Shown here piece after piece: positions 8,506 through 17,866 of a stretch of DNA of 64,000 bases. The notes under the pieces are model-generated. The model made no database searches and was not told where the DNA came from. It worked only from the letters and a program-made list of their open reading frames with translations. The DNA lies in NCBI GenBank assembly GCA_017857815.1, contig JAFMCL010000008.1, positions 1,774-65,773 on the forward strand. Reading direction: 5' to 3'. The DNA is from Flavobacteriaceae bacterium. GTDB taxonomy: Bacteria; Bacteroidota; Bacteroidia; Flavobacteriales; Flavobacteriaceae. Each line of letters starts with the position of its first letter. Positions within the stretch are counted from its first letter, which is position 1. Made by a program: the position numbers and the translations under genes.

Positions 8506-10104
8506 CTAGTTTATCTGATTTACCTTGACCATCACATGATAGCGCGGGTCGTCAATGTTTTTTTCAATTACCTTTTCCAGTCTTGGTGAAGCCTTAATCA
8601 TCAAGTTTTGACATTCCTCACTAAGATGTTGAATGGTTAGGGTTTTACCTAGCGCTTCATATTTATCAACCATTTGATAAAGAGCTTCCAAAGCAGAATG
8701 ATCACTTACCCGAGACTCCATAAAATCAATTCTCACATTTTTAGGATCATCATTCACATCAAATTTGCTTTTAAACTCTTGTATGCTCCCAAAAAATAAT
8801 GGGCCCCATATTTCATAAACCTTTGTTCCATCGTCTAAAAAGTGTTTTCTCGCTCGGATGCGTTTCGCATTTTCCCAAGCAAAAACTAGTGCGCTTATTA
8901 TAATTCCTGCGATTACGGCAACGGCAAGGTCAAAAATTACAGTAAGCGTTGAAACGCTGATTAACACCAATGCGTCGCTTAGAGGGATTTTATTTAATAT
9001 TCTAAAACTACTCCAAGCAAACGTTCCAACGACGACCATAAACATCACACCAACAAGGGCAGCGATGGGTACCTGCTCAATCAAGCTAGAAGCAAAAAGT
9101 ATAAATGCCAAAAGAGTAAGCGCTGCCACAATTCCTGACAAACGATTTCGCCCACCAGATTTGATATTTATAATGGATTGTCCGATCATCGCACATCCTC
9201 CCATTCCTCCAAAAAGACCTGTGATTATGTTTGCGCCTCCCTGAGCCACACACTCGCGGTTTGCGTTCCCTCTTGTTTCTGTAAGCTCATCGACAAGGTT
9301 AAGGGTCATTAGAGACTCTATAAGGCCAATTGCCGCGAGAATGATTGCATAGGGCGTTATGAAACTAAGGGTTTCCATATTAAGTGGAATTTTAGTAAAA
9401 ATATCCGTTTGAAATTGTGGCAAACCTCCCTCTAATCCTGTTCCTCCGCCATCGATAATAAAGCTTCCTACGGTAGCTACGTTCATGTCGCTCAACAAAA
9501 CAATTGCAGTAACCATTCCTATTGCAATCAAAGCTTCTGGTAGTTTCTTGTTTAGTTTAGGGAGAAAAAACATTATCCCCATGGTCAAAAGTACCAAGCC
9601 AATCATCATAAACAAATCTATTCCTTGCAACCATTGAGAGTTACCATCAACTACTTTTTTAAACATCCCCAATTGAGATAAAAAAATCACAATGGCCAGT
9701 CCGTTGACAAATCCCATCATTACAGAGTGTGGAATTAACCTTACAAATTTTCCTAGTTTTAATAGACCGACGACCGTTTGGATAGTTCCCATTAAAATAA
9801 CTGTGGCGAAAAGATAATACAATCCAAGGTTGTCCTCTGCAGCCCCCATACTGTTTCCTGTCGCAACAAGGCTAACCATTACTACGGCCAACGCTCCAGT
9901 GGCGCCACTGATCATTCCAGGCCTACCTCCGAAGATTGATGTAATCAAACCAATCATAAACGCAGCATATAGTCCCACAAGAGGATCTACCCCCGCCACA
10001 AAGGCAAAAGCAACTGCTTCTGGAACAAGAGCAAGCGCTACGGTTAAACCGCTAATAATATCGTTTTTGACGTTGGGAGCGGTGTCTTTAATAAGCTTTA
10101 TCAT
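8506..10104 (-). CDS. SulP family inorganic anion transporter with STAS domain
   Basis: 532 aa. The N-terminus DIISGLTVALALVPEAVAFAFVAG is followed by about 11 TM segments and a C-terminal STAS-like domain (VRIDFMESRVSDHSALEAL). Confidence 0.9.
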   Translation of the reverse strand: MIKLIKDTAPNVKNDIISGLTVALALVPEAVAFAFVAGVDPLVGLYAAFMIGLITSIFGGRPGMISGATGALAVVMVSLVATGNSMGAAEDNLGLYYLFATVILMGTIQTVVGLLKLGKFVRLIPHSVMMGFVNGLAIVIFLSQLGMFKKVVDGNSQWLQGIDLFMMIGLVLLTMGIMFFLPKLNKKLPEALIAIGMVTAIVLLSDMNVATVGSFIIDGGGTGLEGGLPQFQTDIFTKIPLNMETLSFITPYAIILAAIGLIESLMTLNLVDELTETRGNANRECVAQGGANIITGLFGGMGGCAMIGQSIINIKSGGRNRLSGIVAALTLLAFILFASSLIEQVPIAALVGVMFMVVVGTFAWSSFRILNKIPLSDALVLISVSTLTVIFDLAVAVIAGIIISALVFAWENAKRIRARKHFLDDGTKVYEIWGPLFFGSIQEFKSKFDVNDDPKNVRIDFMESRVSDHSALEALYQMVDKYEALGKTLTIQHLSEECQNLMIKASPRLEKVIEKNIDDPRYHVMVKVNQIN

Positions 10105-10217
10105 ATGTATAGAAAAACTGCAAGATTAAGGCTTTTTATTCAAAAATAAGTTATTAAATTTGAGAGATTGGGGAAGTAGGAGTTCGCCTGTGGCTGTTTT
10201 AATTAGACATAAAAACT

Positions 10218-10982
10218 ATGAGAATATTTTCTACCCTTCTAATGTTATTGTTTTTAAACCTTGGCCTGAGTCAAGATTACTCCAAAGAGCTATTTGTTCA
10301 AAACAATGATACCCTGCCCTATCGAATGTTATTGCCTAAAGATTATTCTCCGCTTAAACAATATCCAATGATTGTTTTTTTGCATGGTTCGGGGGAACGA
10401 GGTCGTGATAACGAGGCGCAATTGGTTCATGGAGATTGGCTCTTTAAAACAACCGATTTTAAAAATAATTATCCTGCGATTGTTATTTTTCCACAGTGTG
10501 CAAAAAACAAGTTTTGGGCCAATCGTTCTGCTTTAAAAAGTGATCATAATGGCTCCTATCACTTTGAGGGAACTTTAACTCAAAATACGATTCTTGATCA
10601 ATTGGAATCATTGATCGAGCAATTAGAAAATACGCTTTCAGTAAATAAAAAGAAAATATACATCGGCGGGTTGTCAATGGGTGGAATGGGAACCTTTGAA
10701 ATGGTCGCTAGAAATCCAACCAAATTTGCTGCAGCATTCCCAATTTGTGGAGGAACAAATGTTCGCTTTGCCAGTTTAATGAAAGACACTCCCTTTTGGA
10801 TTTTTCATGGAGAAGCAGACACCGTTGTGCCAGTAACTTATTCTAAAGAAATATATGAGGCTTTGAAAGCTTTAGATGCTGAAGTTGAGTTGACGCTTTA
10901 TCCTGAAGCTGGGCACGACAGCTGGAACAATGTTTTTAAAGAACCTGGACTTATGCCTTGGGTTTTTAAACACTCGCGCTAG
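10218..10982 (+). CDS. Secreted alpha/beta hydrolase (carboxylesterase / prolyl-oligopeptidase-type serine hydrolase)
   Basis: Has a signal peptide, an FLHGSGERG oxyanion region, a GLSMGG nucleophile elbow (GxSxG), and FHGEADTVV...GHDSW supplying the Asp and His. Confidence 0.75.
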   Translation: MRIFSTLLMLLFLNLGLSQDYSKELFVQNNDTLPYRMLLPKDYSPLKQYPMIVFLHGSGERGRDNEAQLVHGDWLFKTTDFKNNYPAIVIFPQCAKNKFWANRSALKSDHNGSYHFEGTLTQNTILDQLESLIEQLENTLSVNKKKIYIGGLSMGGMGTFEMVARNPTKFAAAFPICGGTNVRFASLMKDTPFWIFHGEADTVVPVTYSKEIYEALKALDAEVELTLYPEAGHDSWNNVFKEPGLMPWVFKHSR

Positions 10983-10991
10983 TTCAATCAA

Positions 10992-11231
10992 ATGGAAAGT
11001 GTTGTTAAGGATTATGCGAAAAAAGTAATCCCAAACGCTAAAATAATTAGAGTGGGGCAAAGCTCAAATACGATTAAGGTTTGGGTCAATTCCCCAGCCA
11101 TAAATGGAAAAGCAAACAAAGCTGTGCTTAAACTTTTAGCAGATCATTTTAAGGTGAAATCCAAGGAAATATCGATTCTAAAAGGTGAAAAATCTCCAAT
11201 GAAAATCATTCGTGTTGATTCTGTAAATTAA
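10992..11231 (+). CDS. DUF167 (YggU-like) family protein
   Basis: 79 aa. INGKANKAVLKLLADHFKVKSKEISILKGEKSPMKIIRV matches the DUF167 pattern. Confidence 0.7.
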   Translation: MESVVKDYAKKVIPNAKIIRVGQSSNTIKVWVNSPAINGKANKAVLKLLADHFKVKSKEISILKGEKSPMKIIRVDSVN

Positions 11232-11287
11232 TTTGGGAATTGAAGGTCGAATTTATATCTTAATACCTTTCTAAATTTATTATAAAA

Positions 11288-12145
11288 ATGCAAGCTTTTA
11301 AAAAAATTCTTATCGGTTTTGCTTTCTCTCCAAATCTCAAGGCAAATGTCTATGAAGCCTTACGAATGGCTTTCTTTTTTGATGCGGAATTAACCTTTGT
11401 ACATGTAGGAGAAAAGACGCCAGAAAAAGAAACCCGCTTTGAGAGATTGCTTCATTCTTGTACCATCCAACCTAAAAAAATTTCTATTCACTGGAAACAG
11501 GGAAAGCCCATACAAACACTACTTCAAGCTTGTGATGATTTTGAGGTAGATTTATTACTCCTCGGGGCACTCAAAAGAGAAAACGTTTTAAAATTTTATT
11601 TGGGTTCTATTGCCAGAAAAATAACGCGGAAAGCAAAGTGCTCTGTAATGCTCTTAATTAATCCGTCTGTAGAACGACACCCCTGTGAACACATTGTCGT
11701 CAATGGTTTTGACAGTCCCCAAACAAAAGATACCATAGAAGTTGCGTTTATTGTTGCCAAGGCATTTGGAACTACCAAGATCACACTTGTAGAAGAAATA
11801 AGCCGATCTAAAGTTGCCGTAAGTGTAGATGATGACCGAAGTTTGCGTAAGGCAACATTAAGAAAAGAACGACTAAGAAGGCAAGAACAAATTCGAGTGC
11901 GTGATGTTGTAAAAAAACTCCCCGCCGAAATCAAAAAAGATGTTAATTGGGTCACCCAAAGTATTTTTGGTAGAAGGGGATATTCCATTGGCCACTATGC
12001 AAGAATTGTGAGATCAGACCTTTTGATTATGAACGCCCAAGAAAACTCAAGTTTTTTTGATCGTTTCTTTCCGCGTGACTTGGGTCATATTTTAGCCGAA
12101 TTACCCACAGATGTGTTAATTGTTAATTCCAAGAAGCGTGCATAA
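11288..12145 (+). CDS. Tandem universal stress protein (UspA) domain protein
   Basis: 285 aa with two USP-like halves (ILIGFAFSPN...LLLLGALKRE and a second ...DLLIMNAQENS... half). Its stop overlaps the start of the downstream SulP gene. Confidence 0.8.
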   Translation: MQAFKKILIGFAFSPNLKANVYEALRMAFFFDAELTFVHVGEKTPEKETRFERLLHSCTIQPKKISIHWKQGKPIQTLLQACDDFEVDLLLLGALKRENVLKFYLGSIARKITRKAKCSVMLLINPSVERHPCEHIVVNGFDSPQTKDTIEVAFIVAKAFGTTKITLVEEISRSKVAVSVDDDRSLRKATLRKERLRRQEQIRVRDVVKKLPAEIKKDVNWVTQSIFGRRGYSIGHYARIVRSDLLIMNAQENSSFFDRFFPRDLGHILAELPTDVLIVNSKKRA

Positions 12146-14357
12146 AGTCAGTCCTATTAAAACCTTTTTCACAGGTCTTCCAAAAAACATCTTTTCGGGA
12201 TTTGTGGTTTCGCTTATTGCTCTTCCACTAGGGCTAGGCCTTGCAATTGCTTCTGAGGCTCCTCCTATGGCGGGAATTATTTCTGCCATTGCTGGTGGGG
12301 TAATTGTTTCGATTTTGGGAGGTTCAAACCTAACCATTACTGGTCCTGGCAACGGGTTGGTAATCGTAATCTTGGCGGCTATTGTCGGCCTTGGAGGCGA
12401 GGATCTATACCAAGGTTATCTTTTCACACTTGCCGCAATTATGGTTTCCGGCTTATTCTTATTTCTTTTTGGGATTTTCAGACTTGGAGGATTAAGTGAA
12501 TTTTTTCCCTCTTCTGCCCTTCAAGGGATGTTGGCCGCCATTGGGGTAGGAATTTTAGCAAAACAGTTTCATGTGATGCTCGGATTTACCTCCGTAAAAG
12601 GCGATACGATCAATCAACTAATTCTTTTTCCTGATTCCATAAGATTACTATTTACAAGCTCTTCTGGCCAAGTTGTTTTGGCTGCTGCCATTGGAATACT
12701 AAGCCTGGTGTTTCTCTTTTTATATTCTAGAATAAGAAATCCTTTATTTCACCTTATACCAGCTCCAATGTGGGTTGTGGTTGGCTCTATTGCCGTATCC
12801 TATTATTATGAGTTTGTACTTAACAACCCAAGCCCTTTAAGCCCAAATTTAATGATTCTACTTCCCGAAAATTTATTGGGTTCTATTCCAAGTCCAGATT
12901 TTGGAAAATTGTTTAGTATCGAGTTTTTTGGTTTCGCATTATCCATCACCCTTGTTGCCGTAATTGAATCCCTTTTAAGCATAAAAGCTGTTGATAAACT
13001 CGATCCGCTCAAAAGAAGGTCGAACATAAATAAAGATCTTAGAGCATTAGGGGTGGCAACGATGGTGAGCGGATACTTCGGAGGATTAAACGTAGTTACG
13101 GTTATTGCCAGGAGCTCTGTCAATGTAAATAATGGGGGAAATAATCGTTCCGCCAACTTCTTCCACGCCGCTTTTTTAATTGCTTTTATTCTGCTTTTTG
13201 CGCCTCAAATTCAAAGAATTCCACTTCCCGCTTTGGCAGCAATATTGGTTTATACTGGCTATCGATTGGCCGCTCCAGAAAATTTATTAAAAATATATAA
13301 AATCGGAAGAGAACAGGCTTTCATATTTATCGTTACTCTTTTTGCAACGCTTTTTACCAGTTTAATTAGTGGAATTCTGATTGGTATTGTCTCTACTTTT
13401 TTGATTCATCTGGTGTTGAACAAAAGTAAAAATTTATTTAGTCGAAATTGGCTTAAGCCAAACGTGCTGATGTATCTCGAACAAGGCACAGGAAACTATT
13501 ATGTTAGTGTGAAAAACTTCTGTAGTTTTTTAAACTTTTTTAAGCTGAAAGCCAAATTGGATGAAATTCCCGAAAATGAGCATGCCATTGTTGATTTTTC
13601 GCTTTGTGAGTTTGTAGATCATACTGTAATGGAGGGGTTGAGCGACTACAGCAGAAGCTTTTCTAGAAAGGGTGGTAACTTTGAAATTATCGGCTTAGAT
13701 ATACATGCTGCTGAAACTGATCATCCTTTTGCCGTTCGGAAAACACTTCCAGAGCGTTCGTTTCTTAATTTTAGTCTTTCGCTAACCAAAAGACAAACGC
13801 TTTTACAAAAACTTTCTCAAAAATTAGATTGGTTTTACCTTCCAGACCCCATTGATAGTTTTGGAGATCTAGATCGATTTTTGTTTTTTAAAACCAAATC
13901 CATTAACTACAAATACAATAATTTAAATAGCAAAAATGATGAATCTCAACTTTTTGATTTGTCGTTTAGCGAAGGTGCGTTTATTGCTAAAGAGGATTTA
14001 AAATCTACATTTTTACAAGTTAAATCTCCAATAGAAATGCCTGTTTTTGTTCTGAACAAAGAAAACATAATGACCTCTATTTTTAATTTGGTCGGGTTTG
14101 AAGACATCAACTTTAAGGAACATCCTGATTTTTCAGGAAGATTTCACCTCAATGGTGAAAACAAAGAAGAAATTAAATCCTTTTTCTGCGACGATATTAT
14201 CTATTTCTTTGAAAGTCACCCTACCTACTATTTGGAGTCTAGGGGAGACAGTCTTCTTATAAAAGACAAAGAAAGGTTGGCCAGTATTCAAGAAATAAAA
14301 CGGATGATGGCTTTCTCTGAGGAGCTCTTAAGAATATTACGAAACAAAAACGTTTAG
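12138..14357 (+). CDS. SulP family anion transporter with STAS domain and an unrecognised C-terminal extension of about 200 aa
   Basis: The ORF is open from the TTG at 12120, and the GTG at 12138 is in-frame. Neither start could be verified. It has FSGFVVSLIALPLGLGLAIASEAPPMAG and about 11 TM segments, then a STAS-like region (HAIVDFSLCEFVDHTVMEGL...FEIIGLD). About 200 further residues follow, of no family I recognise. Confidence 0.85.
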   Translation: MHKVSPIKTFFTGLPKNIFSGFVVSLIALPLGLGLAIASEAPPMAGIISAIAGGVIVSILGGSNLTITGPGNGLVIVILAAIVGLGGEDLYQGYLFTLAAIMVSGLFLFLFGIFRLGGLSEFFPSSALQGMLAAIGVGILAKQFHVMLGFTSVKGDTINQLILFPDSIRLLFTSSSGQVVLAAAIGILSLVFLFLYSRIRNPLFHLIPAPMWVVVGSIAVSYYYEFVLNNPSPLSPNLMILLPENLLGSIPSPDFGKLFSIEFFGFALSITLVAVIESLLSIKAVDKLDPLKRRSNINKDLRALGVATMVSGYFGGLNVVTVIARSSVNVNNGGNNRSANFFHAAFLIAFILLFAPQIQRIPLPALAAILVYTGYRLAAPENLLKIYKIGREQAFIFIVTLFATLFTSLISGILIGIVSTFLIHLVLNKSKNLFSRNWLKPNVLMYLEQGTGNYYVSVKNFCSFLNFFKLKAKLDEIPENEHAIVDFSLCEFVDHTVMEGLSDYSRSFSRKGGNFEIIGLDIHAAETDHPFAVRKTLPERSFLNFSLSLTKRQTLLQKLSQKLDWFYLPDPIDSFGDLDRFLFFKTKSINYKYNNLNSKNDESQLFDLSFSEGAFIAKEDLKSTFLQVKSPIEMPVFVLNKENIMTSIFNLVGFEDINFKEHPDFSGRFHLNGENKEEIKSFFCDDIIYFFESHPTYYLESRGDSLLIKDKERLASIQEIKRMMAFSEELLRILRNKNV

Positions 14358-14417
14358 ATTAAATGCCCATATTCTGAAATAACATAAATTTATATATTAA
14401 TTAAAACATATAATCTT

Positions 14418-15404
14418 ATGAATGTGATTTTGAAATTCCTCTTGGCTTTTGTCGTTGGTTTTTCCTTTGCCTCATTAGAAGCGCAAAAAAAGACCATTGG
14501 TTCTGTTGAAAGACTTTCTGCGGAAATTGAGCAATTTGTTCCTCAAGATGCCATAATTGAAATTCTTGCCGAGGGATTTGACTGGTCAGAAGGTCCAGTT
14601 TGGGTCGAAGAACTCGGTGCTGTGTTATTTTCGGATGTGCCTAATAACACCATTTATCAATGGGATGAAAAAAAAGGGCTTCAGGTATTTAGAAATCCAA
14701 GTGGGTTTACCAATATTGTTCCCAACTCCAAGGAGCAGGGTTCTAATGGCCTAACGCTAGATGCAAACAACAAGTTAATTATCTGCATGCATGGCGATCG
14801 AAGAATTGCCAGATTAGACGATTGGAATAAAAATGATTTTACAACAGTCGTGGGAGAGTTTGAGGGAAAGCTTTTTAACAGTCCTAATGATTTGGTCTAT
14901 TCGAGGAATGGTGATTTATATTTTACGGATCCGCCTTATGGTTTTAAGAATGGCGACAAAGATTCGCTTAAACAAATTCCTTTTAATGGTGTTTATAAGC
15001 TTTCTCAAGCTGGAAAATTGTCCTTACTCGTTAAGGATTTAGAGCGCCCTAATGGAATCGCTTTGTCAAATGACGAATCAATCCTTTATGTTACAAATTC
15101 TCATGCGGGTAATCCTGGAATTATGGCTTATGAGTTGAAAGCCGATGGCGTGAGTAATGGTCGTCTTTTCTTTGATGGAAAAGCTTTGTCTAAAAAGGAT
15201 AAAGGAAGTTTTGATGGTTTAAAAATTCATCCTTCTGGTACCATTTTTACAACTGGTCCTGGAGGTGTATTGGTAATTAATGACAAGGGGACACATTTGG
15301 GAACCATTAGAACTGAAGTTCGTTCCGCAAACTGTGCTTTTAGCCCTGACTTTAAGACCCTTTACATGACATCTGACAATTATCTTACTCGTATAAAATT
15401 ATGA
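14418..15404 (+). CDS. Secreted SMP-30/gluconolactonase/LRE family protein
   Basis: Has a signal peptide. EGPVWVEE, NSPNDLV...GDLYFTDPPYG and RPNGIALS repeats are typical of the six-bladed lactonase fold. Confidence 0.85.
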   Translation: MNVILKFLLAFVVGFSFASLEAQKKTIGSVERLSAEIEQFVPQDAIIEILAEGFDWSEGPVWVEELGAVLFSDVPNNTIYQWDEKKGLQVFRNPSGFTNIVPNSKEQGSNGLTLDANNKLIICMHGDRRIARLDDWNKNDFTTVVGEFEGKLFNSPNDLVYSRNGDLYFTDPPYGFKNGDKDSLKQIPFNGVYKLSQAGKLSLLVKDLERPNGIALSNDESILYVTNSHAGNPGIMAYELKADGVSNGRLFFDGKALSKKDKGSFDGLKIHPSGTIFTTGPGGVLVINDKGTHLGTIRTEVRSANCAFSPDFKTLYMTSDNYLTRIKL

Positions 15405-16252
15405 TTTTACACACCATTGAGTGCGGTAATTTTAAACTCGATGGCGGTGCTATGTTTGGTGTTGTCCCCAAGCCTCTTTGGGAAAGAACAAATCCTGCAG
15501 ATGCGCAAAACAGAATCGAGATGGCGGCGCGATCTCTACTAATTGAAGATGGAGATAGATTGATCCTAATTGACACAGGGATGGGAGAAAAACAAAATGA
15601 AAAGTTTTTTGGTTATTACGCTTTGTGGGGGGATTTTACTTTAGAAGGTTCTTTAAAAGCGAAGGGGTTTCATCCGGATGATGTCACCGATGTTTTTTTC
15701 ACACACTTGCACTTTGATCATTGTGGCGGTGGTATAAAAAAGAAGGAAAATGGAATCCTTGAAACAACTTTTAAGAACGCAACTTACTGGTCACACAAGG
15801 GTCACTGGGAATGGGCAATGAAACCTAATGTTAGAGAAAAAGCATCTTTTTTATCCGAAAACATCTTACCGATTAAAGAATCTGGTCAGTTAAAGCTCTT
15901 GGAGGGTGAGGACTTTTTAATGAAAGACACGCCGCTTGGATTTGACATAATAATCATCAATGGACATACCGAAAAACAAATGTTACCTGTTATAAATTAT
16001 AAAAATGAAACCGTTGTTTTTGCGGCAGACTTAATCCCAACTGCTGGGCATTTGCCCATTCCGTATGTGATGGGTTATGATACAAGACCACTATTGACCC
16101 TAGAAGAAAAAGAATATTTCCTTAATCTTGCAGAAGAAAAAAAATATTTGCTTTTTCTGGAACATGACCCCAACAATGAGTTGATCTCGTTGCGTCAGAC
16201 CAAAAAAGGAATACGCTTAAATGAACAACACCGTCTAAATTCTTTTTTTTAA
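15401..16252 (+). CDS. MBL-fold metallo-hydrolase (lactonase-like HxHxDH motif)
   Basis: FFTHLHFDHCGGG is the metallo-beta-lactamase zinc motif, and LILIDTGMG lies upstream of it. No signal peptide. It overlaps the upstream gene in an ATGA arrangement. Confidence 0.85.
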   Translation: MILHTIECGNFKLDGGAMFGVVPKPLWERTNPADAQNRIEMAARSLLIEDGDRLILIDTGMGEKQNEKFFGYYALWGDFTLEGSLKAKGFHPDDVTDVFFTHLHFDHCGGGIKKKENGILETTFKNATYWSHKGHWEWAMKPNVREKASFLSENILPIKESGQLKLLEGEDFLMKDTPLGFDIIIINGHTEKQMLPVINYKNETVVFAADLIPTAGHLPIPYVMGYDTRPLLTLEEKEYFLNLAEEKKYLLFLEHDPNNELISLRQTKKGIRLNEQHRLNSFF

Positions 16253-17866
16253 ATGAAAAGTAAATTACCTCGCCTTAAAAAAAGTGTTTTTCTTTTGCTT
16301 GCCCCTTTCGTTTTGTCCTGTGTAGGATTAAAGTTTACAGCAAATGAATTAAAAATACCCCCTAATTTCGAAGGAAAAAAAGCAGCTCTTAATGACGCAC
16401 AAAAGAAACATTGGCACCTATTAGATTTGGCAAAAGACAGTGTTCCTGGAATGAGTGTGGAGCGTGCTTATAAGGAGTTAATTAAAGACAATAAAGGCGA
16501 GAAAGTCATTGTTGCTGTCATTGATTCTGGCGTGGACATTGATCATCGTGAATTGAATGAATCCATTTGGGTTAATTCGGGAGAAGTTCCAAACAATGGC
16601 ATAGACGACGATAATAATGGTTACATAGACGATATTCACGGGTGGAACTTCTTGGGAAAAATTACTAAAGAAAACATGGAAGTTGTTCGGTTACAGAAAA
16701 AAGAAATTCCTGGGTCTGATGCCTTTAATAAACTGGAAAAAGCCAGAAAAGAAAGCCTCTTGAAAAAAGAACTTGAGCTTGTTGAAATCAATTATATGAT
16801 TGACAAAGCAAAAGTCTCGGACAGTATTTTAAGCATTGCATTAAACAAAAAAAGCTACTTACTTGAGGAGGCTGAAGAAATATCTCCCAAAACCTTTTCC
16901 GTTATGGAAGCGATAATATTTCAACGCTTTTTAACAGAGAGAAATCTAACGCTTAATAAACTTAAAAAATATGCTGAGGGCACAAAAACCGGAATTGAAG
17001 CACATTATAACATTGATTTTGACGGTCGTTCTTTGTTGGGAGACAACCCGGAGGACATCGATGATCTTGGTTATGGAGATCCTAAGGTGATGGGGCCTGA
17101 TAAAAAAGATGCTGATCATGGGACACACGTGGCTGGGATTATTGCCGCTAAGAGGGATGATAATTCGGGCAGTAAAGGAATTGCTAAGAATATCGAAATA
17201 ATGGTTTTAAGGGCCGTTCCTGATGGGGACGAATACGACAAGGATGTTGCTCTTGCGATTCGATATGCCGTTGATAACGGTGCGAGGATTATCAATACCA
17301 GTTTTGGAAAGGGACAGTCCCCTCATGTTGAATGGGTTTGGGATGCGCTAAAGCATGCTGAAAAAAAGGATGTGTTGGTAATTAATGCAGCAGGTAATAG
17401 TGGGAAAAATGTTGATCCAGGATATGATAAATCCTTTATAACTGACGAAAAAGATGGGGTCGAAATTGTTTCTAACTTTATCACCGTTGGAGCCTCCAGC
17501 TCCTCCTACGGGGAAGATCAAATCGCAAGTTTTTCAAATTTTGGAAAGAAAAATGTTGATGTGTTCGCTCCTGGAGATGCCATTTGGTCATCAGTTCCCA
17601 ATGACCGTTTTGACTTTTTTGACGGGACATCAATGGCAGCGCCAAATGTTAGCGGTGTTGCTGCAGTGTTGCGTTCTTATTTTCCAAAAATTTCGGCCTC
17701 TGAAATAAAACAAATACTAATAAAATCAGGTTTACCGATCTATTATCAAATATTAGATCCTGAAAAAGGTGGATTAATCTCTCCTAATAAGATTTCAAGG
17801 TCTGGTAAAATGGTAAATTTGTACAATGCGCTAATTTTTGCTTCAAATAAATTATATAAAAAATGA
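16253..17866 (+). CDS. S8 family (subtilisin-like) serine peptidase, lipoprotein or secreted
   Basis: The catalytic triad is in the expected contexts: VAVIDSGVD (Asp), HGTHVAGIIAA (His) and GTSMAAPNVSG (Ser). The N-terminal lipobox-like sequence is LLAPFVLSC. Confidence 0.9.
   Translation: MKSKLPRLKKSVFLLLAPFVLSCVGLKFTANELKIPPNFEGKKAALNDAQKKHWHLLDLAKDSVPGMSVERAYKELIKDNKGEKVIVAVIDSGVDIDHRELNESIWVNSGEVPNNGIDDDNNGYIDDIHGWNFLGKITKENMEVVRLQKKEIPGSDAFNKLEKARKESLLKKELELVEINYMIDKAKVSDSILSIALNKKSYLLEEAEEISPKTFSVMEAIIFQRFLTERNLTLNKLKKYAEGTKTGIEAHYNIDFDGRSLLGDNPEDIDDLGYGDPKVMGPDKKDADHGTHVAGIIAAKRDDNSGSKGIAKNIEIMVLRAVPDGDEYDKDVALAIRYAVDNGARIINTSFGKGQSPHVEWVWDALKHAEKKDVLVINAAGNSGKNVDPGYDKSFITDEKDGVEIVSNFITVGASSSSYGEDQIASFSNFGKKNVDVFAPGDAIWSSVPNDRFDFFDGTSMAAPNVSGVAAVLRSYFPKISASEIKQILIKSGLPIYYQILDPEKGGLISPNKISRSGKMVNLYNALIFASNKLYKK

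Noticed and set aside
8858-9244. Long antisense or shadow ORFs. Examples are 8858-9244, 9830-10129, 11596-11988, 12806-13156, 25064-25414, 26789-27208, 49323-49658, 60025-60357 and 61152-61517.
   Set aside because: They lie wholly inside well-supported genes on the opposite strand. They have low-complexity or atypical composition and no recognisable motifs. They are treated as frame shadows.
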